NCBI GenBank assembly: GCA_013239625.1
Contig: MU053561.1
Location: 2,682,283-2,746,282 of the forward strand
Origin: Lama guanicoe
Taxonomy: Eukaryota
Reading direction: 5' to 3'
Length of the DNA stretch: 64,000 nt
Under the pieces are notes generated by a model. That model did not search any database. It had not been told where the DNA came from and was given only the letters and a program-made list of their open reading frames with translations. Positions 24,241 to 36,830 of this stretch are shown piece after piece (the first letter of the stretch is position 1; each line of letters begins with the position of its first letter). The position numbers and the translations under genes are program-made.

Positions 24241-24284
24241 ATTAATAGAACTACTCTAGCTTTCTTGCGATTACTGTTTTTTTC

Positions 24285-25318
24285 CTTGTTTTCATTTTCT
24301 TTGTATAATTTTTTCTTCATTTTTGGTATTATTATTTCAAAGTTTTATTGAGGTATCATTTGCATATAAATAAATAAAATTCACCAATTTGAATATACAG
24401 TTTGGTGAGCTTTTACAAATCTAGACAGTCATATAATTACAACCACCACAATCATAATAAAGAATATTTCTATCTTCCAAAAAAGTGCCCTATGCCCCTT
24501 TGTAATCAGTCCCCTCCCTCTGCACTCTCTCCCTGGCTATCACTGGTCTGCTTTCTATCATTATAGCTTTGTCTTTTCTCAAATGTCATATAAATTGAGT
24601 CATACAGTTATACTCTTGTATATCTGGATTCTTTCACATCATGTAATGCTTTTGATATTCATCCATCATTGTATGTATCAGCCGTTCATCCTTTTTTATC
24701 ACTGAGCAGTATTCCATTATACAGATGTAACATAATCTGTTATCCATTCATCAGTTGGTGCACACTTGCCTTCTTTTCAGTTTTTGTCTGTTATGAATTA
24801 GGGTACTATGAACATTTGCCAGCAAGTGTTTGTGTGGACATACTCCTCTTGGGAAAATACCTGGGAATGGTAATATTGGAACATATGTTAGGTCTATATT
24901 TAAATTTATAAAGCACTGTCCAACTGTTTTCCAAGTAATATTTTGAAATATGTTATTTGGGATTTCTACCTGAAACATGAGAGAGTTTCAGTTCCTCCAC
25001 ACTCTTGTCAACACTTGGTATTGTAAAACATTTTTTTTTTGTCAGACATTTTTATTTTAAGCTATCCTAGTGGGTCCTTAGTAGAATCTTAAGGTAGTTT
25101 TAATTTGCATTTCTCTAGTGACTAATTCTGTGGCATATCTTTTCATGTGTTTATTTGCCATCTGACTATATTCTTTGGTGAAGTGTCTACTCAAATAGTT
25201 TGCCCATTTTTAATTGAGTTGTTTCTCTTCTTATGAGTAACTTATAGGAGCTTACTATATGTTTCGAAAGCAAATTCTTTATCAGATACCTGTTTTGCAG
25301 ATTTTTTTTCCAGATTCA
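24285..25318 (-). mobile_element. Nested L1M (MC/MD-like) 3' fragment
   Basis: ttttattgaggtatcatttgcatata...aattcaccaattt 3' end followed by ORF2 C-terminal antisense sequence (atcctagtggg...ttgcatttctctagtgact). Confidence 0.75.
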
Positions 25319-27357
25319 TGTTTGCATGGTATATCTTTTTTTATCCTTTAACCTTTCCCAATCTGTGACTTTATACTTTCAGTGCAATTTTAGCAGACAG
25401 TATCTAATTGGTTTGCTCTCTTATCCATTCTGACAATCTCTGCCTTGTAATTGGATTATTTGGAACTTTTACATTTCATGCAACTTCAATATGACTGATT
25501 TTAACTTTATGATCCTGCTATTTGCTTCATATTTGTTTCATTTGGTCTTTTTCTTTTTCTGCCTTTATTTGTATTTAGTTTTATTTTGTTTTTTAGTATT
25601 TCATCTCTTCTTTAGGCTATCTCTCCTTGCTATTCTTTTTAAAAGTGGCTTCTGTGTTTACAACCTGCGTCTTTAACTTGCCACAGTCTACTTCATGTAG
25701 CTCTAAGAGACTTACAATACCACTTCCCTCTCCCTTTCTCCTCCCTTGTGCTATTGTTTGCATTAATTTTCTTCTACATATGTTATAAATCTCAGACTAC
25801 ATTATTGTTATTTTTTCTTTAGACAGTCATTTACCTTGTAAAGTAATTTCAAAATAAGGAAAAATGTCTCGTATTAATCTACATACTTACATTTCCAGAG
25901 CTCTTCATTTTCTTGTGTGGTTCTCAATTTCTATCTGTAGTGTTTTCTTTCCACTTGAGAACATTCCTTAATATTTCTTGTAAGTGTACTTCTTCAGATG
26001 ATAAATTCTCCAGCTTTTGTTTGCCTAAAAAAGTCTTTATTTTGTCTTCATTTTTGGAAGGATACTATTTCCCCTGGATAGAATTCTAGACTGTAAAATT
26101 TCCTTTGCTTTCAGCACTTTAAAGATGTCATTCACTGTCCTCTGGCTTGCAATGTTTTTGACAAGAAGTCAGCCCTGTCAGTCTCATCTTTGTTTTCTGT
26201 ATCTTTTTTGGCTACTTTTAATATTTCCTCTTTATCATTGGTTTTCAGTAATTTTATTATGATGTGTTTTGTCATAATTTTCTTTGTATCTATCCTCTCT
26301 TGGGCTTAGTAAAATTTTAAGATCTGTGGTTTATAGTTTTCATCAAATCTTGAAAAAATTTGGCCTCTATTTTTTCAAATAGAATTTTTGCGCTTACTAC
26401 CCTTTTTGTCTTTCTGAACTCTGATTATATGAATGTTTGTCACTTGATATGATTCCATAGGTCACTGTGGCTCTGCGCATTGTTTGAAAAATGTTTTTCT
26501 GCCTTTGTTTCAGTTTGGATAGCTTTTATTGCTATGTCTTCAAGTTCACTGATCTTTTCTTTTGCAGTATTGATTATGCTGGTAAGCCCATCTGGCAAAT
26601 TTTTCATTTCAGAATTGTATTTTCCACTCTAGCAATTTATTTTCATTATTTTTGTGGTTTCCATTTATGTCTTCATTATCTTTATGTTTTATCTTGAATT
26701 CTTGGACATATTTATAATAGCTGTTTAAATTTCTTTATTGAAAATTCCACCATGGTATCACTTTTAATCTGTTTCTACTGGCTGGCTTTTCTTCTGATTA
26801 AGAGTCACATTTCTCTACTTCTTTGCATGTTCAATAACAATTGGATGCTAGGTATTGTGAGCATTATATTGTTGAGTATCTGGATTTTGTCACCTTCCTT
26901 TGAAGAGTGATAGGCTTTGTAGTTGCACACAGATAAACTTGATTTTTTTTAACTATGTTTAAAAATTTTTTATTCTTAGAAGTAATGTGTGCTTATTATA
27001 TAAAAGTGGTGAGTCTAAAAAGTGTAAAAAAAGAAGATAAAGCAATGCAGAATATACTCATCCAGCAATAACCACTGTTAATACTTACATATTTCCTTTC
27101 AATGTTTTTTAATCTTTAAGAATAAATTTCATTTAAAAATACATAAACAATATGATAATAAATACAAAACTCTGTTTCCTGATTTTTAAACATAGCAATA
27201 TTTCTCATGTTATTAAAAATCTTTTATAAAGTTACTTTTTTAGCCTTGTATTTTGAAATAGTTTTAGATTAACACAAGAATTGCAAAGGTAGCACACAGT
27301 TCCTGCATCTCCCTGACCCAGCTTCCCTTGATGTTGGTATCTTCCATAACCACAGCC

Positions 27358-27849
27358 GAGGCATACTTGGCCATATTGTACCTCAATTTATTGTCCCCCA
27401 CAGATACTGCATTTTTTACAAATTGAAGGTTGTGGCAATTCTGCCTTGACCAAGTCTATCAGCACCATTTTTCCAATAGGATTTGCTCACTTCATGTCTC
27501 TGTGTCCCATTTTGGCAATTCTCACAATATTTCAAACCTTTTCACTATTTTTATATTTGCTGTGGTGATCTGTGATCAGTGATCTTTGATGTTACTACTG
27601 TAAAAATATTGCAACTTGCTGAAGACTCAGATAATAGCACTTTTTAGCAGTGAAGTATTTTAAAATTAAGGTACGTATATTGTTTTATCAGACATGATGT
27701 TATTACACACTTAATAGACTACAACATAATATAAATATAGCTTTTATATGCCCTGGGAAACCAAAAATTCATATGACTTGCTTTATTGTGATATTTGTTT
27801 TATCTTAGTGATTTAGAACTTAAACTGAAATATGTCTGATGTATGCCTG
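27358..27849 (+). mobile_element. Tigger1-derived non-autonomous DNA transposon (Tigger1a_Art-like)
   Basis: Inverted termini aggcatac...gtatgcct(g) followed by TA; the internal cagatactgcattttttacaaattgaagg...acacttaatagactac is typical of Tigger1 ends; it interrupts an L1 3' fragment (ataaccacag|tacattt). Confidence 0.85.
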
Positions 27850-27859
27850 TACATTTATC

Positions 27860-28000
27860 TAGAGTTGCCAGATTCAGCAAATAACACAGAACACCTAGTT
27901 AATCTTGAACCCCAGACAAACAATGAGCAATTTTTAAGCACAAATATGTCCTAAATTTTTAAGCGCAAGTATGTCCTAAATATTGCAGGAGACATGCATA
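27860..28000. mobile_element. MER53 (hAT MITE) partial, with internal 25-bp tandem duplication
   Basis: tagagttgccagattcagcaaataa terminus and a tatgtcctaaatattgcaggagacat centre; duplicated unit at 27929-27953 / 27954-27978. Confidence 0.75.
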
Positions 28001-28698
28001 TGTACAGAAATAAATATATATGCACATACATAAATATACACATTTTTTAAAAAAACAGCTTGCTTCTTTTGAAGACATTTTTAACCTTTGTTAAGGCAGG
28101 TAGCCTTTGCTCTAGGGTTAGTTTAGTCTTACTAATAGCCTTCTTGTTAAGGAACAACCCTTCTGGAATCTCCACTAAATGCTCAGGTACCCAGAAAAGA
28201 CTCTTCAGTCTATCTGGCTGGAATGCACCTGTGTGAACATGGGAATCATGCAGCTTTGAGAGTTGTTTTATTGCCCAGCCTTATACAGTTTTACTCTGAG
28301 TTTATGCAGCTTAATTATCAACCAAAGACTCAAAGCTTCCCCTTAAGCAGACTGCTGGGGGTTCTTCCTCGAAGTACCTTTTGTCTCTCTAGCTCTCTGC
28401 CCCCGACTCCAAACTCAGCAGCCCCAAACTCTGGTCATGTCTCCCACACTCAGAGAGGCTGCATGCTTTGCTTGGGTCCCTCTCCAGCTCTGTGATCCAG
28501 AAATGTTTGCAGGACGAAAGCCAAGGCAACTGTGGGGCTCATCTAATTTTTTGCACTTCTCTTGGGGATTGCTTTGTGCCGCTTATATACAATGATGGAA
28601 AACAGTTTTTTCATACATTTTATTCAGTTTTATAGTTGTTTATGGTAGAAAGCAATTCCAGTATCAGCTACAGCTTCATGGCCAGAAATGGAAAAGCC

Positions 28699-29027
28699 TC
28701 TTTTTTCTTATAAAGAAAAAAACCCAACATACACACATGGTAACTTCTCTCTTGGATGCTCTGTGCTTGGTTGTGATGATGGTTGTGTGAGCCAAGTTAT
28801 AGACATGAAAAAAGCTGGCTTGCTGCAGAGCCAATATGACAAGAATGGCAGGGGACAAAGGTGGAAATTACATGGGTCCTTGGTGACACTGAGAATCCAC
28901 TGAATTAATCAATTCTGGAGCCCCCTATCTTGGAGACACTGCTATTTGAAACAAAAATGTTTTTTCTTAATTTTTAAACTAGTTGGGGCTTTTGTTATTT
29001 GATGTCAAAAGTATCCTAATTAATACA
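28699..29027 (+). mobile_element. MLT1K/L-like LTR, 3' half
   Basis: tgggtccttggtgacactgag...ttttgttatttg...aaagtatcctaattaataca terminus. Confidence 0.6.
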
Positions 29028-29079
29028 AATTAGTGTACTATTAGTAAACATTCAGTTAATTTTTAGTAAGTAATCTTAA

Positions 29080-29310
29080 AATTACAATTGTAGAGCACTT
29101 TGTGTTATCTAGGTAGTATGCTGAAAGTTTTATATATATTACCTCACTTAATGTCATAGCCAACCCAGCAGGTGGTTAGTATAAAGCCCATTTTATAGAT
29201 TCAGAAATTGAGGCTGAGAGAACAGCACAGTTTTCAAGCTTACAGAGTTTAATCTATGGCACTGCCAGGATCCAGTCACAGGACCCTCTGACTTCAAAGT
29301 TAACACTGTT
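29080..29310 (-). mobile_element. MIR SINE
   Basis: cccattttatagattcagaaattgaggctgagag. Confidence 0.7.
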
Positions 29311-31261
29311 ATTTAGTCTTTCTAACATTGGCTTTCAAGTCCCTTAACTTAATCTAGACCACAGTTCTTTTTATTTAAAAGGACAAAACTGATCAACAAC
29401 AAAAAAGTACCTTTCAAGTTGGAGATCCAGAACACCTGAAAGTTAGCCCAGTCAGGGGAGAGAAAGTTCTAATCTGAGTCCTGGGTCCTCACTTCCCCTG
29501 CCCACCCATTTCTGAGGATAAAGGTTGGAGTACTTTCTGCTAAGTCAGGACAGTTGGCCTAGTCCTAAGAAAGAGTACGTGATGCCAGCAAGAACCTGGG
29601 AATTGGAGTTAGGTCCCCAGAAGCAAGACATCCGGATGTGCAGCAGGGTTGAAGCAAACAGCCAAGGGGTCGCATCAGGGCCACCTGAGCTGAAGGAAGT
29701 TTTCAGGTCCCAGTTAGGGACACAGTGGGGTGAGAAACAGCAGTTGTGGGAAAAGCCCCGGGAGTCGCGCGTCATGGTCCTGCTATGGGCGGTATACAGA
29801 CACTGTAAATCATTTAGGAAACTCTTCCCTTAGTCACTCAGTGTAAGTGAAGTTTCTAAAAGCTGTTATCAGCAGAGAGCAAGGGAGAGAGGAAGAGAGA
29901 TGATTGAGTGAGCGAGCAAGAGAGACAGAGACAGAGAGGGAGAGATGAGATGCTGGGGTGGGGCAGGGCGGGGAAGAGAAACCCAGGAGCAGAGCCAGAG
30001 GATGGGCAATAACGAAGCAGGGCAGCAAGCCCTGCGCTGGGCTCCACTGTGTCCACGGTTCCTCCTTCTGTAATGACTGACTCTAGGCAGACTTAAGACA
30101 CGACTGGGCATGAGGCTACAAAACTACGTTTCTGTTCCTCACTAACTTCCCAAAGAAGCTGGGCAATGAAGGGGAGTGAGTCAGCCAGTCAGTGAAAGCA
30201 CGTCACCCACAGAAAGGAGGGCACCTGGAGGGAGGCAGGAAGAAGAGGTGTGTGTGTGTGTGTGGTGGGGGGGGAGGGGGGTTAGTGAGACAAGAGAGAA
30301 GGAAGGCCCTCACCCTTCTCCCCACCAATCCCAGAAACCTGAAGATGACAATAATTTGGGTAAAACTGCCTTCAGAAGTGAGGAGGAGACAAGAGACATC
30401 TAGGCATGACTGAGTAAAAAGAGCAATAAAAATTGCATTAGCTATGGAGGAGAACATGGAAAAATGAAAACACTGAATTTGCTGGTGGGGGAGGATGAGA
30501 TGATGGATGATTTTTTTTTTAAGTCTGCTATTTCAATAAATAGCTTTTTAAAAATGACATCCTGTGTTTGAGGGTCAGGATTTGGTCTGGATAGTCTTTG
30601 GTCTGGATAGTCTCTGTCCTGGAATTTAACTCCCTGCCCGGGAGGCTGGTAGCACTTTAAATTGATCCTGAGAACAAAGAAGGGAGCCCTGCCACATTTT
30701 AATGGCCTCCAGCTGCTGGACCAGCCCCTCTCAGGCATTAGCCTTGACCACACCCTGAGAGCACTCTGCGCTGGGGCAGCCTGTGCTCCCGAGGTTTGGC
30801 TGGCTGTCTCGAAGTTAGATCAGCTCCTTGGAAAATGTTAACTGCTGGTGTTACCAGTTGCAGAAAGCGGCCTGCCTTTGGCATGAGTACCCTTTCTGGG
30901 CTCTCTGGCAGGAGAGAGCCATGCAGCACTGACCAGGGACGCCCCTCTCTTCTCTGCAGTGGCAGGGTGGGCAGAGAGACTGGCTGGAAGGCCTGGGCTG
31001 GCACATCAGGGAGAGCCAAGGCCTGACAGTTCCCTTGCCAAGTGGTCCATCCAGCCTAGGTAAAACAATGTGATGTGCAGTCTGCCTTCCAGCCCCACCT
31101 TCATGGCATCCTTAGGGGAGGTTTAGCAAGATAACCCATTTTATAAATCACCAGATTTGAAGGTCACGCCCCCTTTCTTCTAGCAGGGAGAATCTAGTTG
31201 CTTACATTGATTATCTCCTGTATCACTTAATTAACTTTTTAAAAAATTTTAATTAAATAAA

Positions 31262-31866
31262 ATGGCAGGGAGTTTCCTCAAAAAATTAAAAATTAAAAAT
31301 TAAAAATCACCATATCATCCAGCAGTTCCATCTCTGGGTATATACCCCCAAATTGAAAGCAGGGACTTGTAGAGATGTTTGTACACTTGCATCCACGGTA
31401 GCATTATTCACAACAGCGAAAAAGGCGGGAACAACCCAACTGTCCATTGACAGGTGGATGGATAAACAAAATGTGGTATATACAGACAATGGAATACAAT
31501 TCTGCCTTAAAAAGAAGGGAAATTCTGACATAGGCTACAACATGGATGGACCTTGAAGATATTATGTTCAGTAAAATAAGACATTCACAAAAGGATAAAT
31601 ATCTTAACATCCTGCTTATATGAGGAACCTAGAACAGTCAAACTGATAGAGACAGAGAAAAGAATGGTGGTTGTGAGGCAAGTGGGGACTGGAGAGTTGT
31701 CAGTAAGTACGGAGTGTCTGTTGGGATGGTGAGAACTTTCTGGAGCTGAATATTGCTGCTGATTGCACAACAATGTGCATGTGCTTTATGCTACTGAATT
31801 TTCCACCTAAAAGGACTGATAAATGGTTGAGATGGTAAACTTATGTATATTTTACAACAAAAAGAA
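31262..31866 (+). mobile_element. L1MB-like 3' fragment (ORF2 C-terminus and 3' UTR)
   Basis: ctgggtatatacccc...gcattattcacaacagc...atggataaacaaaatgtggtatata...gatggtaaacttatgtatattttacaac, then an A tail. Confidence 0.88.
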
Positions 31867-32321
31867 AATGAAATGTATTAAGTAATTTAGTAACTCATTC
31901 AGTCAACAAGCAATTGTGGGGAAATTATATGCCAATGTTATACTACATAGAACACAAAGGAGAGTAAAAAAAAAGTATTCCTGGCTCCCAGAAAGGTCAC
32001 CACTAAGTTGCCAAATACAGTCTTGCCAAATTAGCCTCACTTCCTTCCTAGACCCTGTCAAGGGAATCCATTGATAGAAATCCGCCTATTTCTGCTGGAC
32101 TTTTTCTTTTATTCTTTCTTTTTAAGTCTCGGTCCCGTCTACTCAGTCCCTGTCTTCCCCCTATTCATACACTCCTCTCTATACCTTTATTAACACCTAT
32201 AACATCACAATGCAATCACTGCCTGTATATTTATCTCTTCTTCTAGACTCTGATTCACCCCTGTTCCTAGACCCTAATGCAAGAAAAGCTGTATTTATGT
32301 GTTAGGTGGAGAACGTGAGAT

Positions 32322-32492
32322 ACAGTCTTGCTACTCAAATTGTGATCTGAAGACCAGTTGCATTAGCATTCCTTGAAAGCTTGTTAGCAATTCAGACTCT
32401 CAGACCCCACCCCAGATCTATTTCATCAGAATCTGCATTTGTATAGGATCCCCAGACCATCTGGGTGCACAATCCAGTTTGAGAAGCCTGGG
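32322..32492 (-). mobile_element. MER5A-like hAT-Charlie MITE
   Basis: ctactcaaattgtg...cttgttagcaattcagactctcagaccccaccccaga...tcagaatctgcattt...gtttgagaagc. Confidence 0.75.
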
Positions 32493-34189
32493 CTTAGAAT
32501 ATTGTTAGATAGTGGGTATGTATTTGAGTGTTGTGTTCCCACACACTTTTATGGGGCCTGACCACCCCCTTAGGAGACTCTAATTGGTAGCCTCTAGAAC
32601 CAGCCTTTCTGATCACTCAATCTGTCTCTATCCTCACCCACAACTTTCCTCCAAAACAGTGGCTGAACTGGACTCGAGTTAGAAGTAGAAGAAAATGAGC
32701 TGTAATAGAGAGGATTCCAACCTGCCCACGTGAGGCTCCGTTCAGCACAATGGAACAGCGACTACTTCCTCAGATCAAATCTTATTACCATGGCAAGACT
32801 GACATGGCAAAAGCCCTTGCGTAGTAAAGATTTCTGCATTTCAGCTGACTGTCTATGTCTTTCAAGGAAGAACTTCAAAGACTCATGATTTTAAAGGTAC
32901 TCAGTTAACGAACACTTGTTAAGCTTCTACTTTAATCCCTTCATTTCACAGGAGAGCAAATCAAAAGCCAAGTGAGGTTGGAGGAGCTTGAGCTGACTTG
33001 ATCCCTGGGAGCGGGGTTTGACCAAAACTGTGAGCACCTGGCAGGTGAGTGAGTTGGTGTCCCTTCAAACTGATATTTTTGAAATATTTGTTTAACACTT
33101 ATTTAGGGATTCTAGGGGTAAACTGATCTTCTATTAATAAAAAAAAATGCCTAAAGAAACAGATTCTCTTCTTAATTTACACCTACTGGCCCAAACAGAG
33201 TCAGGGTACCAAAAAATCTTGGCAAGCTGTTTTCCTCTTTTGCGATGTTCTTGTTCTCACTTCCATTTTCTTTTACAATTTTCTAAAAGGACAGCTTCAT
33301 GATGGGAATATGAAAGGGCTTACAATTTAGATAAAAGGAATTAGATTTCTTGATCTCAGTAAGTAGCACTGTACTGAGGTTCAGAATTCATCTCATTGTG
33401 ACTCTGGCTTTAGGTATGGTTACATCAAGCACTTGTACGTGGCACATCTGTATGCAATCCACAGAGATGGGTCAATCTGGTAGAGTGTTTTTAAATTTAC
33501 CACTCAAGGGTGCTGCGTGTTTTGAGGAGAGAGACCCAAAACATGACTTCACATGAAGTCAATTGGCTTCAGGGGCAATCTAAATTAACTGGCAATCGTT
33601 CCATTTATAATAGTGGTGTTCTGTTACCCTGCGCAGTTGCTTGGCTGGATCTTATTAATCCAGCTCTGACTGAAATTCAGATGCATTTAGGCATATCTGG
33701 AGGATTAGACAGGCTGCCAGGAGACTATTTGCATGAAGGGCCAAGGAGTGTTGTGGAAGAAGGCACTATTGGAAAAACAGCCATGCTAAAGAGTCAGATC
33801 CACAAACTTGTCTCAGCACCTCTCATCCTCCAGTGGCAGCTTCACCTGCTCCAGGACAACAGCAGGGGCTGTTGGATTGCTCCTTGGCTTCTCCCCCTTC
33901 CTCTTCTCACTATGTAAGGATGGACCAGATCCAAAATGGCGGCTCCAGCCCTGAGGAGCAGCTGGTTCAGTGTTCACCGCAGGCACCAGCAGCAGAGCAT
34001 CAGGGGACCGATGGGGACCAGACTAGGAGAGGAGGAGGACGGAGGATGTCACGTGGCAGCTGGAAGGGCTTGTTCATGAGCACACGTGAGTCTTCCCGGG
34101 GTTCCCAAAATAAGGTCAGAGAGCCAGAAATAGCACCATCAAGTCAATTCTGTTTAGATCCTATGCTCGTTTGTTCTGATGGAATAAAT

Positions 34190-34392
34190 AATAAACTAGG
34201 AGTCAGGACCTCTGCTTTTTCCTAGTTGGGTGACCCGTGGCAATTCAGTGACCTCTCTGCTCCTCAGTTTCCTCATTTGTAAAACAGGACAATAATGATT
34301 GCCTAACCCCTTCCCAAGAGTATTGAGTTTCATGTGATACAAAGTACTTGAAAATGTTTGGTTAACTATAAGTGAAAGTAAGGCATTATTAT
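34190..34392 (+). mobile_element. MIR SINE
   Basis: ctctctgctcctcagtttcctcatttgtaaaacaggacaataat. Confidence 0.8.
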
Positions 34393-35789
34393 TGACCACA
34401 AGGAATTCAACCCCCAGGTCACAGCCTAAAAGAAGGTACTGCAGACTAAGGTGACAGAGGCAGCTAGGAACCCAAAGTTAGAGACTTCACATTTGCGCCG
34501 AGAGACTAAGATATGACAGGAGACAGCCGACTCTAGGTTACTGGCTGAATAGCCGAGTGTGAACAGTGCCCCCTGGGGTTGTGTGACACAGAGCCCATGT
34601 CCTTTGGGTCCCCACATCTTTCCATGTTGTGCTAAAACTTGATTGTGTGCTTGAATCACCTGTACTAGGCTTCACTGGAATGGGCTGTCAGCAGGGGTAC
34701 CTTTTGTGGGGGAAGAAACTATAAAAGAATTGGAAATAATAGTCATCCTCTCTGAATGGACACACCTATCTGCATTTTATCCTCAGTGGTGGCAGAAAAA
34801 AAAATTCAATCCAAGATCTCCCAGACCAGCATGTCATATCCTGTCTAGAAGAGGGCTTTCCCAGGCAGGGAGGAGACTTAGCCAGCACTCTGCAGGTATC
34901 GCCATTATGTCATGGTCTTGGTTTTTTTGATAATAGACAGGAACATAAGGAGAAACAGATCATGACACGCACTGCTCCAACAGGTTCTGGCCACACAAGG
35001 CAAGGTGGTGACTTGAATGGTAGAAAATTTAAGTGGCTTTGGTCATGTCAGAAATCACTGTTAGCCTCACCCGGGCGGATCCTATCCCAGTGGAAAATCC
35101 GAGTGGCTCCCCAGGTTAGGTAGGTAGGGTATGCTTTCCTTGGGAAAACTGCAGAATGCTGCGCTAATCACATTTGCACAAAAAGTATTGCAGATATTTC
35201 CGTGTTCCATATGGAAAGCCCTTGCAGTCAAGCCAGAAAATGCAATCTTGGGAGGGCCTGCTGGGGTTCCTGGAAAGCCGTTCAGTGCAGACACCTGGGG
35301 CCAGATCCTTGGAGCAACAGAGGTATTCCCTTCTTCTGGCCAGTGACAGCTGCTCTGTGGCCCACTCCCCAGAGTCTAAATGGTTCACTTTTCAATCAAG
35401 CAATTTTCAGTCAGTCATCAAGGTCCCTCTCACATCTAAATTTCCATGAGTCTGTCGTCAAATAGTCATTGCGTAGTGAAGTATTCCAGGCTCTACCCCT
35501 GCACTGTGGGAGTTACCTGGGCTTACCTCCCCAACCCCCATCCTCTCAGGAGCTTTTCTATTTGCAGGACTGGTGAATACAACCAAAGAACGTTCTCCTT
35601 TATTTAACATCCTCCGCGAAAGCATTGCAAGCAAATTCTTTATCCAGATAACTGAAGCTTACTTACTCCATGAAGTGCCAAGGACTTATTTGAGTCTGTT
35701 TTGATGGAACTCTTTTCAAAATGTATTATACAGCACTCTATTTTCTTAAAATGATGCTACTGAACCATATGTAGCTTTTCTTTATGCGA

Positions 35790-36300
35790 CTATTCATTTG
35801 CAATCATTTGTTCAACAAGTGTTTTTCACATCCCTAGTATTGGTTAGGAACCCCTAATCCCTGGGAACTCAATGGGGAACAGTACATAAATCCTCTCTGC
35901 CAAGAGCTTCGGGTGATGGGGGGAGACAGAGAAACCAGCAGGCAGTTGTACAGTAAGATACCATGATACGGTAAGTGGAAAGCAGGACTTTATTTAATCT
36001 TGAGTTCAGGAAAGGGGTGCCCTTGAGGTTGAGAAGGGAAGTAACAACAAAAATTAGTTGAAACAGGAGTTGAAGGGTATCCTTCAAGAAGAGGGAATTG
36101 CAAAAACAAACGCCAGGAGGCACTATGGGGTTTGGGGGAAAATACAGAGGAGACGATAAGGGGATAGGGGGGCGCACATTGAAGGGACGTCACATGGTGG
36201 TGTGCAGAGGGCAGCTGGTGCAAAGAAGGCTTGAGTCTGGAGACACTACCAGAACCAGGACACCAAGAGCCTTCTATGCCTTTGGATACAACTTGGATCT
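35790..36300 (-). mobile_element. L2 fragment
   Basis: cattc/catttgttcaacaagtgttttt 3' tail followed by L2-like body. Confidence 0.55.
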
Positions 36301-36384
36301 TCATCTTCTTTTCAGTCTGTGCACAGCACCATTTGATTAATCAGCAGCCAAATGTTAATTGGCCACCTACCAAACACCAGGTGG

Positions 36385-36565
36385 TAATAATAATCGCTAA
36401 CCATAAGTGCTTACTATATGACAGGCATGACACTAAGCACTTGCAAGCATTGCTTTATTTAATCCTCATGACATAGGCATTACTATTTCCCCCATTCTAT
36501 GAATGAGGAAACTGAGGTTCCAAGAACATAGGCAACCTGCCCACAGTCACCCAGCTCGTCTGGCC
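36385..36565 (-). mobile_element. MIR SINE
   Basis: tttaatcctcatgac...cccattctatgaatgaggaaactgaggttc...cctgcccacagtcacccagct. Confidence 0.8.
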
Positions 36566-36619
36566 CGTACCGTGGCAGGTGCCACAGATAATGAAGAAAT
36601 ATCTGGGGAGATTTTTGTA

Positions 36620-36830
36620 GAAGTGCATGGCATTTTTTATGACCTACACCATCATTTCTACCCAACTCTGTTGATCAAAGCAGTCACAAAGATCCTCACA
36701 AGTAAAGGGAGGGGATCTTGACCTCACCAGTGGATGGGAGGAGAGTCAATGCTGCATTTTCAGAAAAGCATGAGGGACAGGAGATAGTGTGGCTGCCATG
36801 TTTGGAAAATGCAATCTGCTTGGGGGGGGT
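36620..36830 (-). mobile_element. MLT1H-like LTR fragment
   Basis: ttgatcaaagcagtcacaa...gatgggaggag...gctgccatgtttggaaaatgcaatctgc. Confidence 0.6.

Larger units (their letters stand above)
24241..28698 (-). mobile_element. Old L1M element retaining its 5' end, ORF1 region and the start of ORF2, interrupted by nested elements
   Basis: T-rich antisense L1 sequence. The 5'-end-like ttccatttctggccatgaagctgtagc lies near 28665-28693. The left end reads K-K-A-R-V-V-L-L-I, resembling the ORF2 endonuclease motif KKAGVAILI. Confidence 0.75.
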
